A stretch of 64,000 nucleotides of DNA, taken from assembly GCA_965205975.1 (NCBI GenBank), contig OZ242195.1:1408001-1472000 (forward strand), in the 5' to 3' direction. The stretch comes from Candidatus Latescibacterota bacterium (GTDB lineage: Bacteria; Latescibacterota; UBA2968). Numbering within the stretch: the first letter of the stretch is position 1; every line of letters begins with the position of its first letter. The translations under genes were made by a program, and so were the position numbers. Positions 25,943-34,691 of this stretch are shown here, one piece after another. A model generated the notes under the pieces. It saw only the letters and a program-made list of their open reading frames with translations. It did not search any database and was not told where the DNA came from.

Positions 25943-28798
25943 ATGAACCTCGCAGGAATGTTGATGCAAAAAATTGAGGGTGAAGTGCGGTTTGATAAGA
26001 TGTCGCGCATTCTTTACAGCACAGATGCGAGCATGTATCAAATTGAACCTGTTGGTGTTGTTTTGCCCAAACACAAGCAGGATGTTTTGCATGTCATCAA
26101 TCTCGCCAATGAATACGAGGCACCACTGATCCCCCGAGGCGGTGGCACCGGGCTTGCTGGCGGCGTGGTGGGAAGTGGTATTGTGATGGATATGTCGAAA
26201 TACATGAACCGCATTCTCGACTTCAACGCCGAAGAAAAGTGGGTCAGGGTCGAGCCTGGCGTGGTGCTCGATGAACTCAACGCATTTCTCAAACCGCACG
26301 GATTGCAATTTGCGCCCGATGTGGCGACCAGCAGCCGCGCGACAATCGGGGGTATGGTGTCCAACAATTCTGCGGGGGCGCATTCGGTTATTTACGGCAA
26401 GACCATCGATCACGTTTTAGAACTCGATTTGATCTTGTCCGACGGTACAGAAATAACGGTGGGGGAGTTAGACGAGCCTGCAGTACAACAAAAATGCGAG
26501 CAACAAGACCTCGAAGGGCAGGCGTATCGAGAGATAATCCGCATAGCTCGGGAGAATGCAGAAGAAATTGAGCGGAGATACCCCAAAATTTTGCGGCGAG
26601 TTGGCGGGTACAATCTCGATGAATTCATCAAAAAGCAACCGTTCAATCTCGCGCGCATGGTCATTGGATCTGAAGGTACTCTGGCGACCGTTGTCGGGGC
26701 AAAGCTCATGGTTATTCCGCTGCCTCAAGCAAAGGTGTTGGGCATTGTTCAATTCAATGACCTGATTGCATCTATGAAGGCTGTCGCGCCGATCTTAGAA
26801 ACGGGTCCGGCCGCAGTAGAGCTGATCGATAAGATGATTCTCGATCAGACCAAAGGGTCTATGGAGTTGTCCAGAATGCGTTCGTGGGTACAGGGGGATC
26901 CAGAAGCTGTGCTGGCTGTTGAATACTACGGCGATTCAGAGGGTGAACTGGCCTCTAAGCTGGGCGAACTCGAGGTGCTGCTGGGAAAACAGAATCTCGA
27001 ATATACTTTTTCCCGTGCTATTTCCGATGCCGAGCAAGCCAATGTATGGAATGTGCGCAAGGCAGGGCTGGGTTTGCTCATGGGCGTAAAAGGCGATTCC
27101 AAACCCATCGCTTTTGTGGAAGACGCCGCTGTTCCGCCGGAAAGGCTACCCGATTATATTTCTGAGTTTGGAGCGTTGGTGAAATCGCTCAACACACGAG
27201 CGGGTTATTATGCACATGCCAGCGTGGGCTTGCTACACGTTCGACCGATGGTCAATCTCAAGGATGCCGACGAGATTGCCAAAATGAGATTTATCGCCGA
27301 ATCCGTGCGCGACCTGGTGATGAAATACGGCGGTGCCGTGAGCGGGGAACACGGCGATGGCCTGGTTCGCAGTTGTTGGAACGAAACATTTTTTGGCACG
27401 ACGCTTTACGATGCTTTTCGGGAGATCAAACGCGCTTTTGATCCCAAGGGATTGATGAATCCCGGCAAAATTATCGATGCGCCGATGATGACCGAAAATT
27501 TGCGTTATGGGGCAGACTATCGCGCGCAGGAAATAAACACTCACTTCGACTTTTCTGCCGATGGAGGATTTCACCGCGCAGTTGAAATGTGCAATGGCGT
27601 GGGCGAGTGTCGCAAAAAGCTGGTGGGCACGATGTGTCCGTCTTATATGGCAACTCTGGAAGAAGAGCATTCGACACGGGGGCGGGCAAACGCGCTTCGA
27701 GCGGCGATTTCAGGGCGATGGGAAGGCGGGCTTACTGATCATCGCATCAACGATGTACTCGCGCTCTGTCTGGAGTGTAAAGCATGTAAATCCGAGTGCC
27801 CATCCAATGTGGATATGGCGAAAATTAAGTATGAATTTAAGGCGCATTATTACGCCAAAAACAGGCGACCATTGCGATCTATTTTATTTGGTAATGTGGA
27901 ATTGATGGGCAAACTCGGATGTCTCGTTGCGCCTCTTGCCAATCGTTTGTCGAGGACGGGTATTTCAAAGTGGATGATGAAGCGTCTCGGGATTGCGCCT
28001 GCGCGATCCCTACCGCCATTTGCGCGTCAGACTTTTACACACTGGTTCGCCAGTCGCAATGCGCCTTCGAAAAATAGACGCGTCGTGTTTTTTGCCGATA
28101 CGTACATGACCTACAATTATCCCGAAATTGGCAAAGCAGCTACGGCCTTGTTTGAAGCAGCGGGTTATGAGGTGATTTTGGCTGTAAAGCGATGTTGTGG
28201 CCGCCCGATGCTTTCGAGCGGTTATATCGACCGCGTAAAGGAAAACGCCCTGTTTAATATTGAGAATCTCTATCAATATACCGAACAGGGATATCCCATT
28301 GTGGGATTTGAACCTTCGTGTGTTTCGATGTTCACGGATGAATACGGCGATTTAATTGACGATCCGCGCGTGCGCGCTGTGGCTGATAATATTTATACTT
28401 TTGAAGCATTTGTACAGGCTTTTTTCGAAAAAGGCGAATTTGCCGTGCCATTTACCGACTTAAAAAAAGACATCTTGCTGCACGGCCACTGCCATCAGAA
28501 GGCTCTTTGGGGGATGGGACCGTCTGAGGCTGCGTTGGGAATGCCCGAGGGCTTTCGCGTGACGCCCATTCAATCGGGTTGTTGCGGCATGGCGGGGTCC
28601 TTTGGCTATGAAGCCGAGCACTACGACGTGTCGCTTAAAGTGGGCGAGTCGCGGCTGCTTCAGGTGGTTCGCGATGCAGATGACACAACTGAAATTGCCG
28701 CAGCAGGTTTGTCTTGCAGGCAACAGATTGCACACGCTACAGGGCGCACTGCCCGTCATCCCGCTGAGGTACTGGCCGACGCCCTGGATAGGGAATAA
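25943..28798 (+). CDS. FAD-linked oxidase / 4Fe-4S / CCG-domain oxidoreductase (YdiJ-like, GlcD-GlcF fusion)
   Basis: YSTDASMY, PRGGGTGLAG, SGEHGDG, CNGVGEC, CLECKACKSECP and two CCG motifs. Confidence 0.92.
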   Translation: MNLAGMLMQKIEGEVRFDKMSRILYSTDASMYQIEPVGVVLPKHKQDVLHVINLANEYEAPLIPRGGGTGLAGGVVGSGIVMDMSKYMNRILDFNAEEKWVRVEPGVVLDELNAFLKPHGLQFAPDVATSSRATIGGMVSNNSAGAHSVIYGKTIDHVLELDLILSDGTEITVGELDEPAVQQKCEQQDLEGQAYREIIRIARENAEEIERRYPKILRRVGGYNLDEFIKKQPFNLARMVIGSEGTLATVVGAKLMVIPLPQAKVLGIVQFNDLIASMKAVAPILETGPAAVELIDKMILDQTKGSMELSRMRSWVQGDPEAVLAVEYYGDSEGELASKLGELEVLLGKQNLEYTFSRAISDAEQANVWNVRKAGLGLLMGVKGDSKPIAFVEDAAVPPERLPDYISEFGALVKSLNTRAGYYAHASVGLLHVRPMVNLKDADEIAKMRFIAESVRDLVMKYGGAVSGEHGDGLVRSCWNETFFGTTLYDAFREIKRAFDPKGLMNPGKIIDAPMMTENLRYGADYRAQEINTHFDFSADGGFHRAVEMCNGVGECRKKLVGTMCPSYMATLEEEHSTRGRANALRAAISGRWEGGLTDHRINDVLALCLECKACKSECPSNVDMAKIKYEFKAHYYAKNRRPLRSILFGNVELMGKLGCLVAPLANRLSRTGISKWMMKRLGIAPARSLPPFARQTFTHWFASRNAPSKNRRVVFFADTYMTYNYPEIGKAATALFEAAGYEVILAVKRCCGRPMLSSGYIDRVKENALFNIENLYQYTEQGYPIVGFEPSCVSMFTDEYGDLIDDPRVRAVADNIYTFEAFVQAFFEKGEFAVPFTDLKKDILLHGHCHQKALWGMGPSEAALGMPEGFRVTPIQSGCCGMAGSFGYEAEHYDVSLKVGESRLLQVVRDADDTTEIAAAGLSCRQQIAHATGRTARHPAEVLADALDRE

Positions 28799-28809
28799 GG
28801 GAGGAGATA

Positions 28810-29322
28810 GTGGACTTAAAAAGAATTATTCGCGATGTGCCCGATTTTCCCAAAGCGGGCATCTTATTCAAAGATATTACGACTTTGATTGGTGATGCAG
28901 ATGCGCTTCGCGTGACGATAGAACAACTTGCACAACCCTATCGCAATGGGGCTGTCGATCTCGTTGTGGGAATTGAGTCGCGTGGATTTATTTTTGGGAC
29001 TGCACTCGCGCGAGAACTCGACGTGGGCTTTGTGCCGATCCGCAAACCCGGCAAGCTGCCAGCAGATGCGATTTCTGCGGAATACGAATTGGAATACGGA
29101 ACGGACAGGATTGAAATTCACACAGACGCAATCGCCGAGGGACAGAAGGTCGCACTCGTGGATGATTTGCTGGCAACCGGTGGCACAATGTCTGCTGCCT
29201 GTCAGCTCGTATCTGAACTCGAAGGGGAAATCGTCGGCATCTCTTTTGTCATTGAACTGGACTTTTTAAACGGACGCGAAAAACTTGGGGATTGGCCCAT
29301 TCACACGCTGATTCATTATTGA
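28810..29322 (+). CDS. apt: Adenine phosphoribosyltransferase
   Basis: PDFPKAGILFKDIT, ESRGF, RKPGKLP, YELEYG, VDDLLATGGT. Confidence 0.97.
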   Translation: MDLKRIIRDVPDFPKAGILFKDITTLIGDADALRVTIEQLAQPYRNGAVDLVVGIESRGFIFGTALARELDVGFVPIRKPGKLPADAISAEYELEYGTDRIEIHTDAIAEGQKVALVDDLLATGGTMSAACQLVSELEGEIVGISFVIELDFLNGREKLGDWPIHTLIHY

Positions 29323-29330
29323 TATTATGT

Positions 29331-29403
29331 GCCCCTGTAGCTCAGAGGAAAGAGTAGCGGATTCCTAATCCGTTGGCCGCAGGTTCGAGTCCTGCCAGGG
29401 GCA
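29331..29403 (+). tRNA. tRNA-Arg (anticodon CCT)
   Basis: Acceptor GCCCCTG/CAGGGGC; anticodon arm GCGGA-TTCCTAA-TCCGT; T arm GCAGG-TTCGAGT-CCTGC; CCA not encoded. Confidence 0.96.
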
Positions 29404-29447
29404 CTTTTTTAAAAATAAATTGTATTAACGCAGCCGAGGAGTGAATT

Positions 29448-29636
29448 ATGAAACGCGTTCTGACCATCTCCAAATTTGACCCAAACGAGAAAGCGTGCGA
29501 TCATACGCGACATTTTACGGGTGACGAACGGGTTTCTCTCCTCGAGGGAATGCGCCGAGAAATGTCTAAGGTGAGCCATCGTGAATATCCAAAAAGTCTT
29601 CGAAGAGTTCTTACAGTTGCTAAACGCAGTTGCTAA
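29448..29636 (+). CDS. Small hypothetical protein resembling the partners encoded upstream of minimal nucleotidyltransferases
   Basis: RBS GAGGAG; T.DER..LLE.MRR...LRRVLTV pattern; C-terminus altered by a 13-bp tandem duplication. Confidence 0.55.
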   Translation: MKRVLTISKFDPNEKACDHTRHFTGDERVSLLEGMRREMSKVSHREYPKSLRRVLTVAKRSC

Positions 29637-29671
29637 ACGCAACGGGGGTTGAATGGAGTTACCCCGTTTAT

Positions 29672-29781
29672 GATGCTGTTGCCGAATTGGTCGAGAGGTA
29701 GTTAGTAGTTGTAAAAACCGACTGTTTGTGGCCTGAATACAAGCTCTGTATGGACAGAATTAGGAATTGGGCAACAGCATC
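29672..29781. mobile_element. 110-bp MITE-like element
   Basis: 17-bp terminal inverted repeats GATGCTGTTGCC(G/C)AATT (16/17 match) flanked by direct repeat GTTTAT at 29666-29671 and 29782-29787. Confidence 0.75.
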
Positions 29782-29824
29782 GTTTATATGGACATATTAT
29801 ATTTCGCTATTCAGCCTGCTACTT

Positions 29825-30139
29825 TTACACGACCGCTTGTTGTCCTTCCACTGGTACGAAATTAATCTCGACCCTTTGATTCAATGCGATCGCGATTCTT
29901 TGAAGCATCGTGAGTGAATGCCCTTCATAATCTGCATCCTCAAGGCGTGCAATAACCGGTTGTTTGGATCCGATCAATTCTGCCAATTCAGTCTGTGTCA
30001 AACCCGCCATCTTTCTGGCTTCATATATTATACGAGCAACTTCTGCGTTGACTGTCTCCTCTGCAATCATATGCTGCAATTCTTCATCATTCCCTGTTAC
30101 ATCATCCAAGATTCGATTTGCATCTCGTGTCTTAGCCAT
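29825..30139 (-). CDS. XRE-family HTH antitoxin (HigA-like)
   Basis: ARKMAGLTQTELAELIGSKQPVIARLEDADYEGHSLTMLQRIA. Confidence 0.88.
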   Translation of the reverse strand: MAKTRDANRILDDVTGNDEELQHMIAEETVNAEVARIIYEARKMAGLTQTELAELIGSKQPVIARLEDADYEGHSLTMLQRIAIALNQRVEINFVPVEGQQAVV

Positions 30140-30230
30140 TGGTCATGTCTCCTTCAAACAAATGCTGATCAGGATTTGCTTCAAAAACCCTCTGCCGCTC
30201 CACTGCGCGATCCAAATCTCTGCGTGGTAA
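30132..30230 (-). pseudogene. C-terminal remnant of a RelE/HigB (Gp49-like) toxin
   Basis: PRRDLDRAVERQRVFEANPDQH tail overlapping the antitoxin start; 5' portion replaced by REP-like DNA. Confidence 0.65.
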
Positions 30231-30238
30231 ATGAGCCC

Positions 30239-30341
30239 TGTCATTCTGAGCGGAGCGCAGCGGAGTCGAAGAATCTGCTGCCTCAACAGTGTGCATGGAT
30301 AACAGATGCTTCGTCAGCCTATCAGATTCCTCAGCATGACA
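30239..30341. repeat. REP-like nested palindromic element
   Basis: Outer arms TGTCATTCTGAG / CTCAGCATGACA; inner CGAAGAATCTG / CAGATGCTTCG. Confidence 0.75.
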
Positions 30342-30408
30342 TGGTGTAGTAGCACATTTACTTTTAAAGTCACACATCGCGTTATTCAATTATAAAATAC
30401 CTCGAACA

Positions 30409-30684
30409 TTACAACGTTGGGCTTGCACTCGCTCCATACGCCTTGCTCCAGAGCCTTCTCCCTATGTAGGTGTTGCCGTGCCGATCCGTTGTCGTGTGTT
30501 TGTCGCGCTCGCCGATGTAGAAGCGGTTCTGTTTGTCGGTGCGGGCCGTGGACAGCGTCTCCTCCCGCTCAAAGATATGCTGATCATAAACTTGATTGAG
30601 CTCGTCCAGTTGCTGTTGATTGAGCACATCGGGCACAACGATATAGCCTTGTCGTGCGAACGTGTCACGCATCGCATTGTCCAT
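30409..30684 (-). pseudogene. N-terminal fragment of a phytanoyl-CoA dioxygenase (PhyH)-family protein
   Basis: F.RQGYIVVPDVL...QLDELN start with RBS; ends after 91 aa without the HxD...H motif. Confidence 0.65.
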
Positions 30685-30930
30685 CTTCTAATCTCCTCTA
30701 CGTGTAGGAACTAAAAGGGCCATTTCTTGCGCATGAATGGCTGGCAAGAAGGAGTTTTCGGCAGTGGTTGTCAAGTGTTTTTGTCGTACTTGCGGATAGA
30801 GAAAGCGGGGCTACATCAAACCTTGTGTATTATCTTAAAAATTGCTTTCGGCGATGAGGTGTATTATCATTAATTACTGGGGATAGCGCAACCTGTCCTC
30901 CTTTTTACATATGGGAACTCGCGTTTTATT

Positions 30931-31407
30931 ATGAAAAAAGAAATTGAGCGAAAATTTTGCGTGCGAAAAATGCCGGATCTGGCGGCCTGTACAGGAGAAG
31001 AAATCTCACAGGGCTATCTCTCGGTAGGGGAGAATGGCACGGAGATTCGGCTGCGTCGCAAAGGCGAGCGATTTTATCAGACCGTGAAAATAGGCAAAGG
31101 TGTGCAGCGGACGGAAGTCGAGGTGGAATTGAGCCGAGCGCAATTTGATACCCTCTGGCCTTTGACTGAGGGCAGGCGGGTCGAAAAAGTGCGTTATGAG
31201 ATCGTCGAAGGAATATGGACAATTGAACTGGATGTGTACCGCGGTCGCTTGAAAGGTCTGGTGGTGGCCGAAGTCGAGTTTGAGACCTTAGATGAAAGTT
31301 CGCGCTTTGTCCCGCCGCTGTGGTTTGGACGAGATGTGACCAATGATGACCGTTACAAAAATGCAATCCTCGCATATAAGGGCACTCCCGATGATCACGC
31401 GCAGTGA
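30931..31407 (+). CDS. CYTH domain protein (triphosphate tunnel metalloenzyme)
   Basis: EIERKF, QGYL, IRLR, RVEKVRY, ELDVY, AEVEF, WFGRDVT...RYKN. Confidence 0.93.
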   Translation: MKKEIERKFCVRKMPDLAACTGEEISQGYLSVGENGTEIRLRRKGERFYQTVKIGKGVQRTEVEVELSRAQFDTLWPLTEGRRVEKVRYEIVEGIWTIELDVYRGRLKGLVVAEVEFETLDESSRFVPPLWFGRDVTNDDRYKNAILAYKGTPDDHAQ

Positions 31408-32923
31408 AACTTATGTTTTGAGTGAACCACATGGATGGGATGTGGTCGAACAACTCGCCCCCGAGCGCCTGCTACCTGTATCTGAGGTTGAGAATACGGT
31501 GCGGTATTTCGACACGTTTGACTGGCGGGTGTATCGGAAGGGACTCGCGCTCATACAAGCGGGAAACGCGGTGTATTTACAACGAATTTCAGATGGTGAA
31601 TACCCTTTGATACACGATCAGATCGAGATGAAACAACATCTGGAAGGCCGATTCTGGTGGATGTTCCCAGAGGGCGAATTGCGCGGCACATTGCGGGATG
31701 TGATCTCAGTTCGGGCGCTGTTGCTTCGAGCACAGATGACGCAAAAAGTTTGCGGATTTGGCGTTTTAAATGCAGATGAAAAGACCGTTATCCGGCTGTT
31801 TCTCACACATACCAACAGAGAAAACAGACATGTTGCAACTTTGACATTGCGAAGCGTACGGGGATATGAACGCGATTTTGAGAATTTGTGCTCTCGTTTT
31901 GTTAAATTAGATATCGCACACCCGGCAGAAGGCGTATTTGAGCGCGTGATGAATCTCGCAGGATGTGTACCGGGCAATTATTCCTCAAAACTCGATCTCG
32001 ACTTGAATCACGAGGCAAGTGGGCGCGAGGCAACATGTGAGATTTTGCAATGTCTGCACGATGTAATGCGCCAAAATGAAGCGGGCATTCGCGCGGATTG
32101 GGATACGGAATTTCTGCACGATTTTAGGGTTGCGATTCGGCGCACGCGGTCAGCACTGAGTCAAATTAAAGGCGTTTTGCCCGAAGATGCGGTGGCACAT
32201 TTTAAGGATGAGTTTCGGCAATTGGGCAGATCGACCAATCGGTTGCGCGATCTGGACGTGTATTTGCTCGAAGAAGAGACTTATCGCGCCTTGTTGCCCC
32301 AATCGCTACAACCCGGGTTGGACGCCGTGTTTTTGCGCTTAAAAAACGAGCGTCGGCGTGCCCTTAACGACATGGTGCAGGTTCTCGATACGCCCGAATA
32401 TCGGGGTCTGATGGATTCATGGACGGCTTTTTTGCAGGACGAACGGTCTCGGACGGAGGAGTATTCCGGCGTGCCAGCTATAACCCTTGCGCGAAAATTT
32501 ATTTATAAGCGTTTTAAACAGGTGCTCAAAAGGGGCCAGGCAATTGGAGATGATACTCCGGATGAGGCACTGCACAATTTGCGAATTGACTGCAAAAAAT
32601 TGCGGTATTTGTTGGAGTTTTTTACCTCGTTTTTTCCAAAAGATAAGATGGATAAACTCATCGGATATATGAAGAAATTGCAGGACAACCTGGGGGATTT
32701 TAATGATTTATCGGTACAACAACAAGAGTTGATGGCCTATTTGAACGAAGTGTTGTCCCGCAGTCGGCGGGCGGATCGTCTGCTTTGCGCTGCGGCTATC
32801 GGCGGGCTTATTGCGCGTTTGCACAGCCAGCAGCAGGTTGTTCGGCGCGAATTTGCCAGTGCTTTTGCCATTTATGCAGGAAAGAAAAATGTTCGTTTGT
32901 ACCGCGACTTGTTTAGAAAGTAA
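31391..32923 (+). CDS. CHAD domain protein with degenerate N-terminal CYTH-like region
   Basis: YFDTFDWR, EFLHDFRVAIRRTRS, LRDLDV, LHNLRIDCKKLRYLLEFF, LQDNLGDFND. Confidence 0.93.
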   Translation: MITRSETYVLSEPHGWDVVEQLAPERLLPVSEVENTVRYFDTFDWRVYRKGLALIQAGNAVYLQRISDGEYPLIHDQIEMKQHLEGRFWWMFPEGELRGTLRDVISVRALLLRAQMTQKVCGFGVLNADEKTVIRLFLTHTNRENRHVATLTLRSVRGYERDFENLCSRFVKLDIAHPAEGVFERVMNLAGCVPGNYSSKLDLDLNHEASGREATCEILQCLHDVMRQNEAGIRADWDTEFLHDFRVAIRRTRSALSQIKGVLPEDAVAHFKDEFRQLGRSTNRLRDLDVYLLEEETYRALLPQSLQPGLDAVFLRLKNERRRALNDMVQVLDTPEYRGLMDSWTAFLQDERSRTEEYSGVPAITLARKFIYKRFKQVLKRGQAIGDDTPDEALHNLRIDCKKLRYLLEFFTSFFPKDKMDKLIGYMKKLQDNLGDFNDLSVQQQELMAYLNEVLSRSRRADRLLCAAAIGGLIARLHSQQQVVRREFASAFAIYAGKKNVRLYRDLFRK

Positions 32924-32936
32924 ATCTCATTGAGGA

Positions 32937-33683
32937 GTGGATGTGAGTATCTTGGCGTTGTATAGCATGAAAGGTGGCGTGGGAAAAACCGCCGCCGCAG
33001 TGAATCTGGCTTATGAGGCGGTTCAATCCGGTGCAACCGCATTGCTATGCGATTTAGATCCACAAGGGGCTGCGGCTTTTTATTTTCGCATCCGCGCAAA
33101 GAAGAAGTTTGGACGCAAGCGTTTCTTGAAGGGCGGCAAGCACTTAGAAAATAATATTCGAGGGACGGACTTTGAAGGTCTGGACTTATTGCCTTCAGCC
33201 ATGTCTTTTCGCAATCTGGATTTGGGGTTGGATGCGCGGGCAAAAAATAAAAGCTATTTAAAGCGTCTGTTGACGCCGATGCGGCAAGAGTACGATTATA
33301 TTTTTTTTGATTGTCCGCCCAACCTGACGCTCCTGGCCGAGCATGTTTTCAGGGCAGCCGATTATGTGATTGTGCCGTGTATCCCGACGACTCTGTCGAT
33401 GTTGACACATCAAAAGTTGATGGACTTTTTTAAAAAAAACAAATTGAAACGCAAAAAATTGGTGTCGTTTTTTTCAATGGTTGAACGGCGCAAGACAATG
33501 CACAGGGAAATGATCGCGCAGGTGGGCGAGCGCAAGGGAAAATTTCTGAATGCGCAAATTCCGTACACGGCAGATGTGGAACGGATGGGCTGGGCGAGAC
33601 AACCAGTGGCAGGCTTCAGGCCATGTTCAAAGGCAACTCAAGCGTATCGGGAATTGTGGACAGAATTGCAAATGCTTAGATGA
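32937..33683 (+). CDS. ParA/Soj family ATPase (orphan)
   Basis: KGGVGKT deviant Walker A, DLDPQG, DCPP; no adjacent parB. Confidence 0.92.
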   Translation: MDVSILALYSMKGGVGKTAAAVNLAYEAVQSGATALLCDLDPQGAAAFYFRIRAKKKFGRKRFLKGGKHLENNIRGTDFEGLDLLPSAMSFRNLDLGLDARAKNKSYLKRLLTPMRQEYDYIFFDCPPNLTLLAEHVFRAADYVIVPCIPTTLSMLTHQKLMDFFKKNKLKRKKLVSFFSMVERRKTMHREMIAQVGERKGKFLNAQIPYTADVERMGWARQPVAGFRPCSKATQAYRELWTELQMLR

Positions 33684-33730
33684 GTGGTGTGCGGTGCCTT
33701 ACCAGGCGCATACACGCGCTTAAAATAACA

Positions 33731-33759
33731 AACCCCCCCGACAAACTTGTCGGGGGGTT
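33731..33759. terminator. Hairpin terminator between convergent parA-like and tonB genes
   Basis: CCCCCCGACAA-AC-TTGTCGGGGGG. Confidence 0.8.
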
Positions 33760-33777
33760 GGTGTTTGCGTTTTTAGA

Positions 33778-34464
33778 TTACCGATCGATTCGAAAACGTA
33801 TGGGTATGACGAGATAGACTTTCACTGGTCTATCATTTTGACGGGCAGGCTTAAAACGGTATTGATTAACCGCCTGAAGGGCCGCTTTGTAAAAAATTTC
33901 TTTGCCTTTGACAGCATTGGCCTGTTCGACTATTCCGGCTTTGTCAACCAGTATTTTCAAGTGGACAGTACCCTCAATACCCGCCTTGAGGGCGACTGGG
34001 GGATATACCAGTGATCCTCGCTTGATGAGCACGGGTTTTTCTTCGACCATGAAATATTCGAGTATCTCTTCTTCTGGTTCCTCTATTACGGTGTCCTCAC
34101 CAGGGGGTGGTGGCACGTGGAGATCGACCTTGTCAAAGTCGAGGTCGGTGGTTTCAATAGTAACATCGTCGGGCACATCTTCGCTTTCGGTTGCAATGGG
34201 AATAGACGGCCGTGGAGGTGGCGGTGCGCGGTGAATTTGACGGGTTTCCGGTATATCGACGTTTTCGATGATGATGGTGCGGCGCTCTATTTTGCGCGTG
34301 CCGGCTGTGAATGTAGGAAACATCATTCCTATGCCCACATGCAAGATGAATGCAACCCCCATGCTGATGCGAAATATGCGCTTATAAGTGCGTTTGAGAT
34401 CACAATCTGGATTTTTGGTACGCGGAATTTCAGGCGTGATCCACTTATCTGATTTTTCGTTCAT
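33778..34464 (-). CDS. tonB: Energy transducer TonB family protein
   Basis: TM helix with SxxxxxxLH, Pro-rich linker, YPPVALKAGIEGTV...FKPARQNDRPV...IPIRF. Confidence 0.9.
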   Translation of the reverse strand: MNEKSDKWITPEIPRTKNPDCDLKRTYKRIFRISMGVAFILHVGIGMMFPTFTAGTRKIERRTIIIENVDIPETRQIHRAPPPPRPSIPIATESEDVPDDVTIETTDLDFDKVDLHVPPPPGEDTVIEEPEEEILEYFMVEEKPVLIKRGSLVYPPVALKAGIEGTVHLKILVDKAGIVEQANAVKGKEIFYKAALQAVNQYRFKPARQNDRPVKVYLVIPIRFRIDR

Positions 34465-34691
34465 GATTCTTCTCGGAAGAAAGAATTGCAGACTTATGTG
34501 ATTGAGCTTTCGATTTGTTTTACTGACTGCTGACCGCTTATACCCGCCTATTTTATAGATTTTAACACTACCGTAACAGAAAGGCAAGGTGTTTTTACAA
34601 GACCCGATTTGACAAATTGCTTGTTTATTCATGGTTCATATCAATATATTGAAGCCTGTTAATCAATTATCACCTTTCTCGGGGTACAAAA

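Noticed and set aside
29918..30349. 143-aa plus-strand ORF containing CHSERSAAESKNL
   Set aside because: Antisense to the antitoxin and running through the REP-like element; this peptide is a translation of the repeat.
29331..30700. Prophage or integrative element at tRNA-Arg
   Set aside because: No integrase, phage genes or att duplication seen; only remnants.
32937..33683. Chromosome or plasmid partition locus
   Set aside because: No parB, recognisable parS or rep gene nearby.
34465..34632. N-terminal extension of TonB in the ORF track
   Set aside because: Runs through the AT-rich divergent promoter region; ATG at 34464 gives a normal TonB.
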